Source: an uncultured virus (IMG/VR IMGVR_UViG_3300043773_001986)
Lineage: Duplodnaviria; Heunggongvirae; Uroviricota; Caudoviricetes
Virus record (IMG/VR): IMGVR_UViG_3300043773_001986
DNA length: 64,000 nt
Direction: 5' to 3' (one strand)
Shown here: positions 9,108-18,178 of the stretch, piece by piece
Numbering within the stretch: position 1 is the first letter of the stretch
Layout of the letters: each line of letters starts with the position of its first letter
The notes under the pieces: model-generated
Told to the model about the DNA's origin: nothing
Database searches by the model: none
The model's input: the letters and a program-made list of their open reading frames with translations, nothing else
Program-made: the position numbers and the translations under genes

Positions 9108-9923
9108 ATGGCATTTCTTACCGATAGAACTTTAGCAACAGGAGTAACATTCACTGATTTAATACATATTGTTAATACCAGTGATACATCGCAAAATCCT
9201 GCAGGTTCATCATATAAAGCAACAATCCAACAAGTAACTAATTTAGTACAATCGGTATACATTACAGGTGGTACTTATAATTCCTCAACAGGTGTAATAA
9301 CATTTACTAATAGTTCTGGTGGTACTTTTTCAGTTTCAGGATTTGTTACAGGATTTACAGACACAAGTGTTACCGCTTTTACTTACAATAATAATACATT
9401 TACTTTATCTGAAAGTGATGGAAGTTCATTTTCTGTAAATGTTAATACTATGACTGGTTTAACAATTAATGGAAATTTATCAGTCACGGGAACAACTAGT
9501 AGTGGAACAATATCAGCAACGACATATCAAAATTTACCAACGGACATAAGGGTTACTGGTGGTACATTTTCGGCGGGAACATTGACACTTGTAAATAATA
9601 CTGGTGGTACTTTTAATGTTATAGGTGTAGGTACTTCCACCGAATCAACAACTGGTATATCAACTTCAGCTATTACATTAGTTACAGGTTATAGTTATAA
9701 TGGAATAAGTTACTCAGGTAATGTTGATGTCACTTTATTTTCACCCTCAGGTATTCAAGGATATAAATTAACAATCAAAGACGAAGGTGGTTATGCAAGT
9801 ACTTATAGAATAAGAATAACACCATCTTCGGGTACAATTGATGGGAACGCTTACGTTGATATGAACATAAACTATATGTCACTTTCATTTGTGGCAAGAA
9901 ATAATAATTGGTGGATAATATAA
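9108..9923 (+). CDS. tail-fibre-like protein with TGGT repeats
   Basis: Repeats ITGGTYNSSTGVITFTNSSGGTFSV and VTGGTFSAGTLTLVNNTGGTFNV; C-terminal IKDEGG...IDG...WWII module typical of phage fibres. Confidence 0.65.
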   Translation: MAFLTDRTLATGVTFTDLIHIVNTSDTSQNPAGSSYKATIQQVTNLVQSVYITGGTYNSSTGVITFTNSSGGTFSVSGFVTGFTDTSVTAFTYNNNTFTLSESDGSSFSVNVNTMTGLTINGNLSVTGTTSSGTISATTYQNLPTDIRVTGGTFSAGTLTLVNNTGGTFNVIGVGTSTESTTGISTSAITLVTGYSYNGISYSGNVDVTLFSPSGIQGYKLTIKDEGGYASTYRIRITPSSGTIDGNAYVDMNINYMSLSFVARNNNWWII

Positions 9924-9924
9924 T

Positions 9925-11139
9925 ATGGCATACATTTTTAATAACTCAATAAAATATTCAGATGGACCTAACTTAGACGCTTTCGGTAGATTAAGGACTG
10001 CCGCAGTCCAAAATCTTTTGGATATTAAACATACATTTGATAAAAATCCACTTCAGGTTAGTGAGGTAACTGCTGGTACTGCAACATCCGTATTTAGTCA
10101 ACAATACGCAAGAGTTAGAATGTCAACATCAGCTAACAATGATTTAGTTATTCGTAAAACTAAAACACATCCAATTTACCAACCAGGTAAAAGTCAGTTG
10201 TTTGAGGGAAGTTTTAGTAATTTTCAAATTGAATCCAATGTTATTAAAAGAGTTGGGTGTTTTCAATCAACAACAGGGTCACCATATAATTCAGTATTTG
10301 ATGGTTACTTTTTGGAAAGTAATGGTGTTACTAGCGCAATAACATTTAATATATTCTTAAGTGGTTCTTGTACTTTTAGTGCTGACTCAACAACTTGGAA
10401 CTCAACCGAATTCGACCCAAATAATTTTGATTGGGCTGAAACAAATCTAATGACTGTAGATTATCAATGGTTAGGTGTAGGTAGAGTGAGATTTGGTATG
10501 GTTTTATCAGGTCAAACAATATATTTTATTGATTATACTGCTGCTAACAATATTCCAACAGTATATATGTCTTCACCGAATCAACCAATTAGATATGAAA
10601 TAAGACAAGTTGGTGTTGGTTCAGGTTATTTTGATATGATTTGTTCTCAAGTATCTACAGAAGGTGCATTGAATGGTTTGTATTCTACGGTTTCAATTCC
10701 ACATACCGCAACAACTACGATGGCCACCTCAGGTACAAAATACCCATATATTGGCTATAGATTAAAAGAAAATTACATTGGTGTAACATCTCAGTTTGAC
10801 ACAATCAGTATCTTAAACACTTCAAACGATAATTACTTGTTGACTATAGAATTCAATCCAACATTATCTTCAACGCCAAGTTGGACTGATATACCTAACT
10901 CACCTTTTCAATATTCTTTAAGTGATGGAACTCCAACAATAACAACACCAGGACACGTAATGACATCATTAATTGGTCAGGCTGGTACATCTGCTTTAAC
11001 GACCACTAAATTAGATGACAATCAAATAAGAGTTGGTTCAAATGTTAATGGTACTTTAGATGAAATGTGGTTATGTATAACACCATTAGGTGCAAATGCT
11101 ACTTTTATTGGGGCTGCGGATGTTTTATATTATTTATAA
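9925..11139 (+). CDS. putative virion structural protein, beta-rich (possibly lectin-like fold)
   Basis: DAFGRLR, YQPGKSQL and DYQWLGVGRVRFG motifs; located in the structural cassette. Confidence 0.5.
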   Translation: MAYIFNNSIKYSDGPNLDAFGRLRTAAVQNLLDIKHTFDKNPLQVSEVTAGTATSVFSQQYARVRMSTSANNDLVIRKTKTHPIYQPGKSQLFEGSFSNFQIESNVIKRVGCFQSTTGSPYNSVFDGYFLESNGVTSAITFNIFLSGSCTFSADSTTWNSTEFDPNNFDWAETNLMTVDYQWLGVGRVRFGMVLSGQTIYFIDYTAANNIPTVYMSSPNQPIRYEIRQVGVGSGYFDMICSQVSTEGALNGLYSTVSIPHTATTTMATSGTKYPYIGYRLKENYIGVTSQFDTISILNTSNDNYLLTIEFNPTLSSTPSWTDIPNSPFQYSLSDGTPTITTPGHVMTSLIGQAGTSALTTTKLDDNQIRVGSNVNGTLDEMWLCITPLGANATFIGAADVLYYL

Positions 11140-11168
11140 AGTCAAATAATCCTCTATAATTTTGTATT

Positions 11169-12146
11169 ATGGAGGATTTAATTTTTGTATCAGCACAACC
11201 AGATGTTCCTTACTTTCATTGGCAAGTAAGAGTTTATGTTCACAACTTTATTGAGATGGGAATCAATCCAAATCAAATACACGTTGTATTTGCAATGGTT
11301 TATGGTAATACCAAACCTAGTGATGAATCCTTAAATTTAAAAGATTTAGGAATTAATGTTCATCATTATTTAGATGATAGAAAACAAAAACATTATATAC
11401 CTAACATAAAACCATTTTTAGTTTACAAATTAATTGAGGAGTTTCCGATTTTAAGTAGAAATATTTTTTTACACGATGCTGATATTGTATTCAGAAAATT
11501 ACCTGATTTCAATTCATTACTCAAAGATGAAATAAATTATTTATCAGATACAATCGGTTATATTGGTTACAACTACATTATGGATTGTTGTAAAAGATAT
11601 GAAGGAAGACATCCAAACTCACAAAAAGGTCAACTTTTGAGAGAAATGAGTGATATTATAGGAATTGATGTTAATACTATAAAAGAAAACCAACTTAACT
11701 CAGGTGGTGGTCAGTATTTGTTGAAAAACACGACAAAAGAACTATGGAAAAAAATTTATGAAGATTGTACACCACTTTATGACCAAATGTTGAGTTACCA
11801 AAAAAGATTTCCGATAAGTCCTGGTGAAATACAATTTTGGACAGCAGAAATGTGGTCTTTATTGTGGAATTTATGGTTACATAATTATGAAACTAAAATA
11901 TCAGATGAATTAAGTTTTTCGTGGGCAACAGATTCAATGGAGATTTATAATCAACATTCAATACTACATATGGCAGGTGTTACCGATGACTTGAAATCTT
12001 CAAAATTTTATAAAGGTGAATTTATTAATGTAAGTCCTTTAGATAAATTGAAAACCAACATTAATTTTTTTGATTACGTGGAGAAAAATAGTTCAACAAT
12101 AAAATACATCGAAATAATGAAAAAGATTGTTCAAAACAATCAATAA
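11169..12146 (+). CDS. GT-A glycosyltransferase resembling plant HPAT/SERGT1 (GT95/GT96) peptidyl O-glycosyltransferases
   Basis: PYFHWQ, YIPNIKP, FLHDADIVF (DxD), GGGQYLL, WTAEMWS and ILHMAG motifs. Confidence 0.7.
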   Translation: MEDLIFVSAQPDVPYFHWQVRVYVHNFIEMGINPNQIHVVFAMVYGNTKPSDESLNLKDLGINVHHYLDDRKQKHYIPNIKPFLVYKLIEEFPILSRNIFLHDADIVFRKLPDFNSLLKDEINYLSDTIGYIGYNYIMDCCKRYEGRHPNSQKGQLLREMSDIIGIDVNTIKENQLNSGGGQYLLKNTTKELWKKIYEDCTPLYDQMLSYQKRFPISPGEIQFWTAEMWSLLWNLWLHNYETKISDELSFSWATDSMEIYNQHSILHMAGVTDDLKSSKFYKGEFINVSPLDKLKTNINFFDYVEKNSSTIKYIEIMKKIVQNNQ

Positions 12147-12172
12147 ATCTATTTATATTTAAAATCTAATTA

Positions 12173-14368
12173 ATGAGTTGTTTTTGTCCATCTGGTTATA
12201 CCGCAGCACCTGATAATTCTGAGTGTATAAGAGAAGTAACCGCATCAACCAGTGGTTCTGCCTCAACTCTTGTTGTTTTGAAAGCAGGTCAGTTTTCTAC
12301 CAACGGATATATGGGGACAATTTTTTATGAAGACATAACTAATTTGACGTTTCCAATTATACTGACAGGAATTACAACTGGTTCTCAAACAAAAAATGGG
12401 ACACCCTTATTCAACACATCATTTTTTATAGATTCTGATACTACCAAAAGTTTGAAGGATAGAACTTTAAATTATATTTTGGGAGGCCCGGGTGCTGGTC
12501 AAAGTATTGTTTCTCCAAGTGGTTTATTAGAAAGTTGTTCATTAAGTGCAACAACTCACGGACCTAGAATTTGGCCATGTGCTAATTCTAATACAGTATG
12601 GGGTAATAAATCAACAACTTTTCTACCCAATTCACCAGGTAGATTAAATTACTCAGGTGTTTGGCCAACAACAACATCACCTTTTTCTCCAGCAAATGAA
12701 TGGATTGGTTTCACTGCTTGTTTCAATAATCCAACATCTCAAACCTATTATTTGGGAATGGGTGCTGACGATTTTTACAGATTTAAATTAAATGGTGTGT
12801 TATTAGTTGAAGCTAATACAAGTGGTTTTACTTTCGGTAATCAGTACAATTCATTTTCAGCTTATAGAACACATGGTCAAACTTTTTCAACTTGGTCAGT
12901 TTTCCCAATAACTTTACCAGCAGGACCGAATTATATTCAAATGGAAGGTCTAAATTCAAGTACAGGAGCTACTGGTGGTTTCGGTGCTGAAATTTATTCA
13001 GGTAGTGTTTCGTCTTTGAGTGCAATTACTTCCCAATCAGCATTAACCTTAGTAACCGTATTCACCACAAGAGATTTAACGGGTACTACTTTTGATAATT
13101 CAGGTGTTACTGGGTTAACTTGTTCGAGTGGATTTACATTAGTAACATGTTCGGGTTCACCTTTTTGTTCACAAGTTTTAAGAACACCTTGTACTGGTGT
13201 AACACCTACCACTTCAACGACAACTACAACAACTAGGTCATATATAAACTCGGGTTATATACCAGTAAATGATTGTAACGTACTCACTATACAACCATTA
13301 AACGTAATCTGTAATGTAACAAATATTACTGGAAACCCTGATAGTTCAAATGGTTCAATAACATTAAGTATCGTTGGTGGTGTTCCTCCATACACAATAG
13401 AATGGACTTTTCCTAATGGTGCTACACTAATAGGTGGTAAGACAATAAATGGTCTATCTACTGGTAGTTATACTGCCGTTGTTAGTGACTATTATGGTGA
13501 CTATACTTTCACAACAACTTGTACAGTACCTGGTTTTACAACGACTACAACATCAACAACAACTTTACCTCCAGTTCCAAACTATTTAGAAAATATTTTC
13601 TGTATGTCAATTACGACAACCAAAAGGACTGGCGGTACACCTACTCCAACCACAACTCAAATTACTTTCCAATATAACACTTATATAAATGGCCAAACAT
13701 CTTGGATATCAAATTCTGGTAATGAAATTGTATATTTTAACCCATCTGTTGGTACTTCGGGAGTATGGTCGTTATCGGCATCAACAAGTAGTATTATAAA
13801 TACAGCTTTAGGTACATCTACTTGGACTATATTCAAAGGATATCCAAGTTCACCAACTTCAGGAGCATGGACAATGTCTGTTAATCCTCCAAGTCCTCAA
13901 CAACAAACTATAACATCAATAGGTGCTTGTTCTGACTTTTTATCTTTAACAATTAATGCTTGGTGGGCGTTAGATGATAGTGACATACCAACAACATTTA
14001 AATTTTCAGGGGCTTGTGGTGGTTCTAATGAAACTCCTTGGTTTAAATGGTATTTGTTGGGGGGTTTAACAAGTTCAGACATTAGTAGTTTTGAAATTTA
14101 TTGTGAAGATTTAGACAATCCGGGATATATTCATTGGGATGTAACAAATATACCAAATACAACCACTCAGGTTAGTTCATCAATACCTTGGCCTGGTGGT
14201 GTGACAATAAATCCAACCACAGGTGACCCAGGTGCTTCAAATACTCAAGGATGGGAAGGCCCGTGTCCTCCGATTGGTAATACACATACTTATTTAGTTA
14301 CATTAACAGCCAATTTAGTTGCTGGGGGTACTAAAACAAGTACATACACATTTACTTCAACAAGCTAA
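12173..14368 (+). CDS. multidomain virion protein: PA14-like domain, Thr tracts, SprB-like repeat, C-terminal PEBP/YbhB domain
   Basis: YYLGMGADDFYRFKLNG (PA14-like); GSITLSIVGGVPPYTIEW...GLSTGSYTAVVSD (SprB); CGGSNETP...DLDNPGYIHWDVTNIP...GWEGPCPPIGNTHTY (PEBP). Confidence 0.7.
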   Translation: MSCFCPSGYTAAPDNSECIREVTASTSGSASTLVVLKAGQFSTNGYMGTIFYEDITNLTFPIILTGITTGSQTKNGTPLFNTSFFIDSDTTKSLKDRTLNYILGGPGAGQSIVSPSGLLESCSLSATTHGPRIWPCANSNTVWGNKSTTFLPNSPGRLNYSGVWPTTTSPFSPANEWIGFTACFNNPTSQTYYLGMGADDFYRFKLNGVLLVEANTSGFTFGNQYNSFSAYRTHGQTFSTWSVFPITLPAGPNYIQMEGLNSSTGATGGFGAEIYSGSVSSLSAITSQSALTLVTVFTTRDLTGTTFDNSGVTGLTCSSGFTLVTCSGSPFCSQVLRTPCTGVTPTTSTTTTTTRSYINSGYIPVNDCNVLTIQPLNVICNVTNITGNPDSSNGSITLSIVGGVPPYTIEWTFPNGATLIGGKTINGLSTGSYTAVVSDYYGDYTFTTTCTVPGFTTTTTSTTTLPPVPNYLENIFCMSITTTKRTGGTPTPTTTQITFQYNTYINGQTSWISNSGNEIVYFNPSVGTSGVWSLSASTSSIINTALGTSTWTIFKGYPSSPTSGAWTMSVNPPSPQQQTITSIGACSDFLSLTINAWWALDDSDIPTTFKFSGACGGSNETPWFKWYLLGGLTSSDISSFEIYCEDLDNPGYIHWDVTNIPNTTTQVSSSIPWPGGVTINPTTGDPGASNTQGWEGPCPPIGNTHTYLVTLTANLVAGGTKTSTYTFTSTS

Positions 14369-14371
14369 TAT

Positions 14372-15097
14372 ATGATTTTAACTTCAACTGTTAATATAAA
14401 TGATACAATTTGTGGATGTGATGGTTCTTTTGCAATTCAAGGTTACAATGGAACACCACCATATTCCTACTCAATTAATAATGGTTTAACCTATTTTAAT
14501 ACACCATTATTTAGTAATTTATGTCCTGGTCAATACTCTGTTATTGTAAAAGACGTGTCGGGTGAAACATCAACAAATTCTGTTATTCTAAACACATCGA
14601 ATAATTCAATAACATACAACGTTACAATTAATACTTCGTCAACAACAATAGTTAATAACAATACAACATTAACAAAAAAATACGATACAACTATTTCAGT
14701 GTTTCCAAGTTTACCAAGTGGTGTAACTATAACATTTAATTTGGTACATTTAAATACTTCAAAATCTTCTCCATTCTCAGGTACTTCTACAACAACGTCA
14801 ACGAGTGACTTGGTTAAAAATAGTGTCACACAATCTATTTCATACTCAAGTTCGACTTTGAGTACAACTTATAATCCAACACCAGGTTGTCAAAATCAAA
14901 ATGTTTACATCACTTCGTACACTGAGGGATGGAACAATCTCACTTATACAAATTCAGATACTTTAATATTAACAACATATACAACTACAACTAAAAACCA
15001 AGATGTCGCTTGTTATTTAGGTCAAAGTGTTGAAAATTACACTTTAAGTAATGTTTCTATATCAGGATGTTATTGTTGTAACATTATCGTCACATAA
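14372..15097 (+). CDS. SprB-like repeat, Ser/Thr-rich virion protein
   Basis: DGSFAIQGYNGTPPYSYSINNG...FSNLCPGQYSVIVKD. Confidence 0.65.
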   Translation: MILTSTVNINDTICGCDGSFAIQGYNGTPPYSYSINNGLTYFNTPLFSNLCPGQYSVIVKDVSGETSTNSVILNTSNNSITYNVTINTSSTTIVNNNTTLTKKYDTTISVFPSLPSGVTITFNLVHLNTSKSSPFSGTSTTTSTSDLVKNSVTQSISYSSSTLSTTYNPTPGCQNQNVYITSYTEGWNNLTYTNSDTLILTTYTTTTKNQDVACYLGQSVENYTLSNVSISGCYCCNIIVT

Positions 15098-15121
15098 AAT
15101 CAATTTTCGATATTTATCTTT

Positions 15122-17542
15122 ATGGGATATATTTTAAAAAACACAGCAGGTTTAATAAACACAAGGATTACCGATACTGGGAGACAAAAAATTTCTCAAG
15201 GTAATTTTAATATAAGTTATTTTCAAATTGGTGATAGTGAAGTTTCGTATAATGCTATTCCTCAAACAAGTTATAACCAATATAATAGTAGAGTATTAGA
15301 GCCAAGTTTCAATGCTCAAAATTCGGCAGGTGTTCCTCAATCAAATAAGGAAAACATTAAATACCCTTACTACGTGGATGGTAACAACGGAAATACATAT
15401 GGAATCCCATTTATGCAATCGATTGTAAGTCCAGTGTATAATACAGCATCACCAAGGGGGTTTTTCTTAGGTACAACATCAGGTTCAAACATAGAGTGGA
15501 GTGCAATAACCACAGGTGACTACGCACTAACATCTAACTATGTAATACAAATGAGTGGTTTGAATGGTTCAAATTTGATTGTGGTTTCGGCAATTACATG
15601 TAACAATGATTTTGTTAGGAACTATCAAATTGGTGATTTTATAACGATAATTTATGATGGTAATGGTGTTAATGACTGTAATTGTTTCACTGCAACAACT
15701 ACTACAACTACCTTACCAGTAACGACAACAACAACAACTGACGCTTGTAGTCCACCATCACCTCCAACAACAACTACAACCACAACTTGTCCTGTGACTA
15801 ATTGTGGCCCGTGTTTACCGAGTTATACTGCAACTTGTGTTGTGGATATGTCAAGTTGTTATACGATTTTAACATATCGAATTGTTGATGTTTGTTTGGA
15901 TAATATAACTTTGGATAGGTCAACACCTGATTTTACATATTTAAGTGGTGATTGTTATGCTCGTGTAATTGTATATCCATCAGGAATGACTGAGATTTAT
16001 GATAGTGTAACACCATCTCAACACTTCCCATATGATGTTATCAATTTTGAATCGGTTTGTTATACTGACCAATTTGATGTTAAAATTTGGAATATGAATA
16101 TTCCTTGGTCAGAAAGTCCAGCAGGTATAAATTCCTCAACACACAAAGATTATACTAAATTTGGTTCTATTGATTATTTGGGGTCTAAAGAATATTTTGG
16201 TTACGCTTCAAGTAGTGGACAAACCGATACTGATTCAACTTATTATTATAACTCTTTTGATGAAAAGGTTGTAGTTACACCTGAAGAACAAAAGGCCATT
16301 GCTATTATTCATTATACTAATAATACGATTGATTTTTTCTATGGTGAAAAATTCGCCTTGGAACCTCACGATATTACTGAACCTGATGATACAATAGGAG
16401 AAGCAAGGAATTTCAAATTACACATTCCGTGGTTAATGTGGCATAAAAACCCTGAATGTTGTTATGGACAAACTTTTTATGTTGACCCTCCTGGTTTTGA
16501 TGATTTAATTATACCATTATTTACTGTTCATTACTTGGAGTCAAATCAAAACCAAGATATGAATAATCCAGGTATAAGATATTATCACCTATGGGATACT
16601 AATCCAAACCCAAATACAACACCGATTGCGGGAATACCAAACAGAATTGGTAAGGTATTTCCTGACCACAAACTAATCATTATTGATGATGAAGAGATTA
16701 TTGCCGCAATGTCATATAAAGCCAATAGAAACTGGACATTACCAGCGCCAAAGGTTGCTTTAATTACACCAAATATTTGTGGTTTGGATAACGAATCTGT
16801 TGAGGGAATTCTGACTGGCGAAACTGAATATTTACACGTTACATATCGATTATCAAACTCTTCAGCCTATACTAATTCTTTACATTCTAATTATTATCAA
16901 GTAATACAAGGACCTAACATAACTTGTAATCCTTTGAATTCTCAAAATGTTAGTGTAAGATTTGGTGATGAATTTAATTGTTTATCATCTAATCCAAGTA
17001 TATGTTCTGTAGGTTGTGATATTACGTCAGGTTTTATTGCTGATTCATTTGAAATTATTTGTCAAAAGGTTGAGGGTAATGGTAGACCAGAACCATCACA
17101 ATGGAGAATAATTGACTATAATTTCCAACTTAGTGGTACAAGTAATAATGGGTATTTAACACAATCAGGTTTAACAGGTAATACGTTTGTTATAACTCAG
17201 GACTTATATGATAATGCACCACTTTATGACTTAAGTGATTATATTGATATAACTACGGCAGGTTTTTCAGGAACTCAATTAAATTTTGGTGATGAATATT
17301 ATTTTTATGGTAATATAGAAACTGACATTCAAGCCACAATTTATGAAATGAGGTATCAGATAGTATTAGGTCAATCAGAATTCCAATACTCCTCAAATCC
17401 ATCGTGGAATACTTCAGTCCAACCATTCGTAACTGAAATTGGTCTTTACGATTCAGACAAAAATCTTATGATTGTTTCAAAGCTACAATCTCCATATCCG
17501 AGAACGGGGATTCAACAGTTTGTAATCAAATTAGATATTTAA
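15122..17542 (+). CDS. tail fibre attachment / tail-collar protein (DUF3751-like ends) with a large Cys/Thr-rich insert
   Basis: N-terminal ITDTGRQKISQG..NISYFQIGD and C-terminal FVTEIGLYDSDKNLMIVSKL. Confidence 0.6.
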   Translation: MGYILKNTAGLINTRITDTGRQKISQGNFNISYFQIGDSEVSYNAIPQTSYNQYNSRVLEPSFNAQNSAGVPQSNKENIKYPYYVDGNNGNTYGIPFMQSIVSPVYNTASPRGFFLGTTSGSNIEWSAITTGDYALTSNYVIQMSGLNGSNLIVVSAITCNNDFVRNYQIGDFITIIYDGNGVNDCNCFTATTTTTTLPVTTTTTTDACSPPSPPTTTTTTTCPVTNCGPCLPSYTATCVVDMSSCYTILTYRIVDVCLDNITLDRSTPDFTYLSGDCYARVIVYPSGMTEIYDSVTPSQHFPYDVINFESVCYTDQFDVKIWNMNIPWSESPAGINSSTHKDYTKFGSIDYLGSKEYFGYASSSGQTDTDSTYYYNSFDEKVVVTPEEQKAIAIIHYTNNTIDFFYGEKFALEPHDITEPDDTIGEARNFKLHIPWLMWHKNPECCYGQTFYVDPPGFDDLIIPLFTVHYLESNQNQDMNNPGIRYYHLWDTNPNPNTTPIAGIPNRIGKVFPDHKLIIIDDEEIIAAMSYKANRNWTLPAPKVALITPNICGLDNESVEGILTGETEYLHVTYRLSNSSAYTNSLHSNYYQVIQGPNITCNPLNSQNVSVRFGDEFNCLSSNPSICSVGCDITSGFIADSFEIICQKVEGNGRPEPSQWRIIDYNFQLSGTSNNGYLTQSGLTGNTFVITQDLYDNAPLYDLSDYIDITTAGFSGTQLNFGDEYYFYGNIETDIQATIYEMRYQIVLGQSEFQYSSNPSWNTSVQPFVTEIGLYDSDKNLMIVSKLQSPYPRTGIQQFVIKLDI

Positions 17543-17545
17543 TTT

Positions 17546-18145
17546 ATGAATGATAAAATGAAACAATCCCCAAAGGTTTTGGGGTTAGATATTTCTACGA
17601 AAACAATTGGTTGGGCATTGTTTGACATAGAAAGTAAGGAATTATTGGAATTAACTCATATCTCACCAGTAACCAAACCTAAAGAAGAAAATAAAATGAA
17701 GGAATTATTTCTTAAGACCGAAATTTTCAAAACTAAATTAGAGGGGTATGATGAATTAAACATCAAAAAAGTTGTTATCGAAGAGCCACTTTTAAATAGT
17801 AACAATGTTTATACTATACAAACTTTAATGAGATATAATACTCTTATTTCCAAAGAGATATATGATGTTTTAGGTATTGTTCCTGAATACATATCAACAT
17901 ACAACTCAAGAAAAAACGCTTTCCCATGGTTAGTGAAAGATAATGGTAAAGGGAAGTTTGTTTTGTTTGGTGGATTACCAAAGGATTGTGACAAAAAACA
18001 AATTATTTGGGAACAAGTAGCCAAAAGAGAACCTCAAATAAATTGGGGTTACACAAAAAACAATACTCTTAAGAAAGAGAATTTTGATATGAGTGATGCT
18101 TATTGTTGTGTGTTAGGATATATGAAACAAGAAAATTTATGGTAA
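17546..18145 (+). CDS. RuvC-like Holliday junction resolvase
   Basis: VLGLDISTKTIGWA, VVIEEP, K..I and DMSDAY catalytic pattern. Confidence 0.8.
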   Translation: MNDKMKQSPKVLGLDISTKTIGWALFDIESKELLELTHISPVTKPKEENKMKELFLKTEIFKTKLEGYDELNIKKVVIEEPLLNSNNVYTIQTLMRYNTLISKEIYDVLGIVPEYISTYNSRKNAFPWLVKDNGKGKFVLFGGLPKDCDKKQIIWEQVAKREPQINWGYTKNNTLKKENFDMSDAYCCVLGYMKQENLW

Positions 18146-18149
18146 AATT

Positions 18150-18177
18150 AAACCCCACTTTTTAGGTGGGGTTTTTT
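18150..18177. terminator. intrinsic terminator between convergent transcription units
   Basis: AAACCCCAC-ttttttag-like loop-GTGGGGTTT stem followed by a T-run. Confidence 0.85.
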
Positions 18178-18178
18178 A

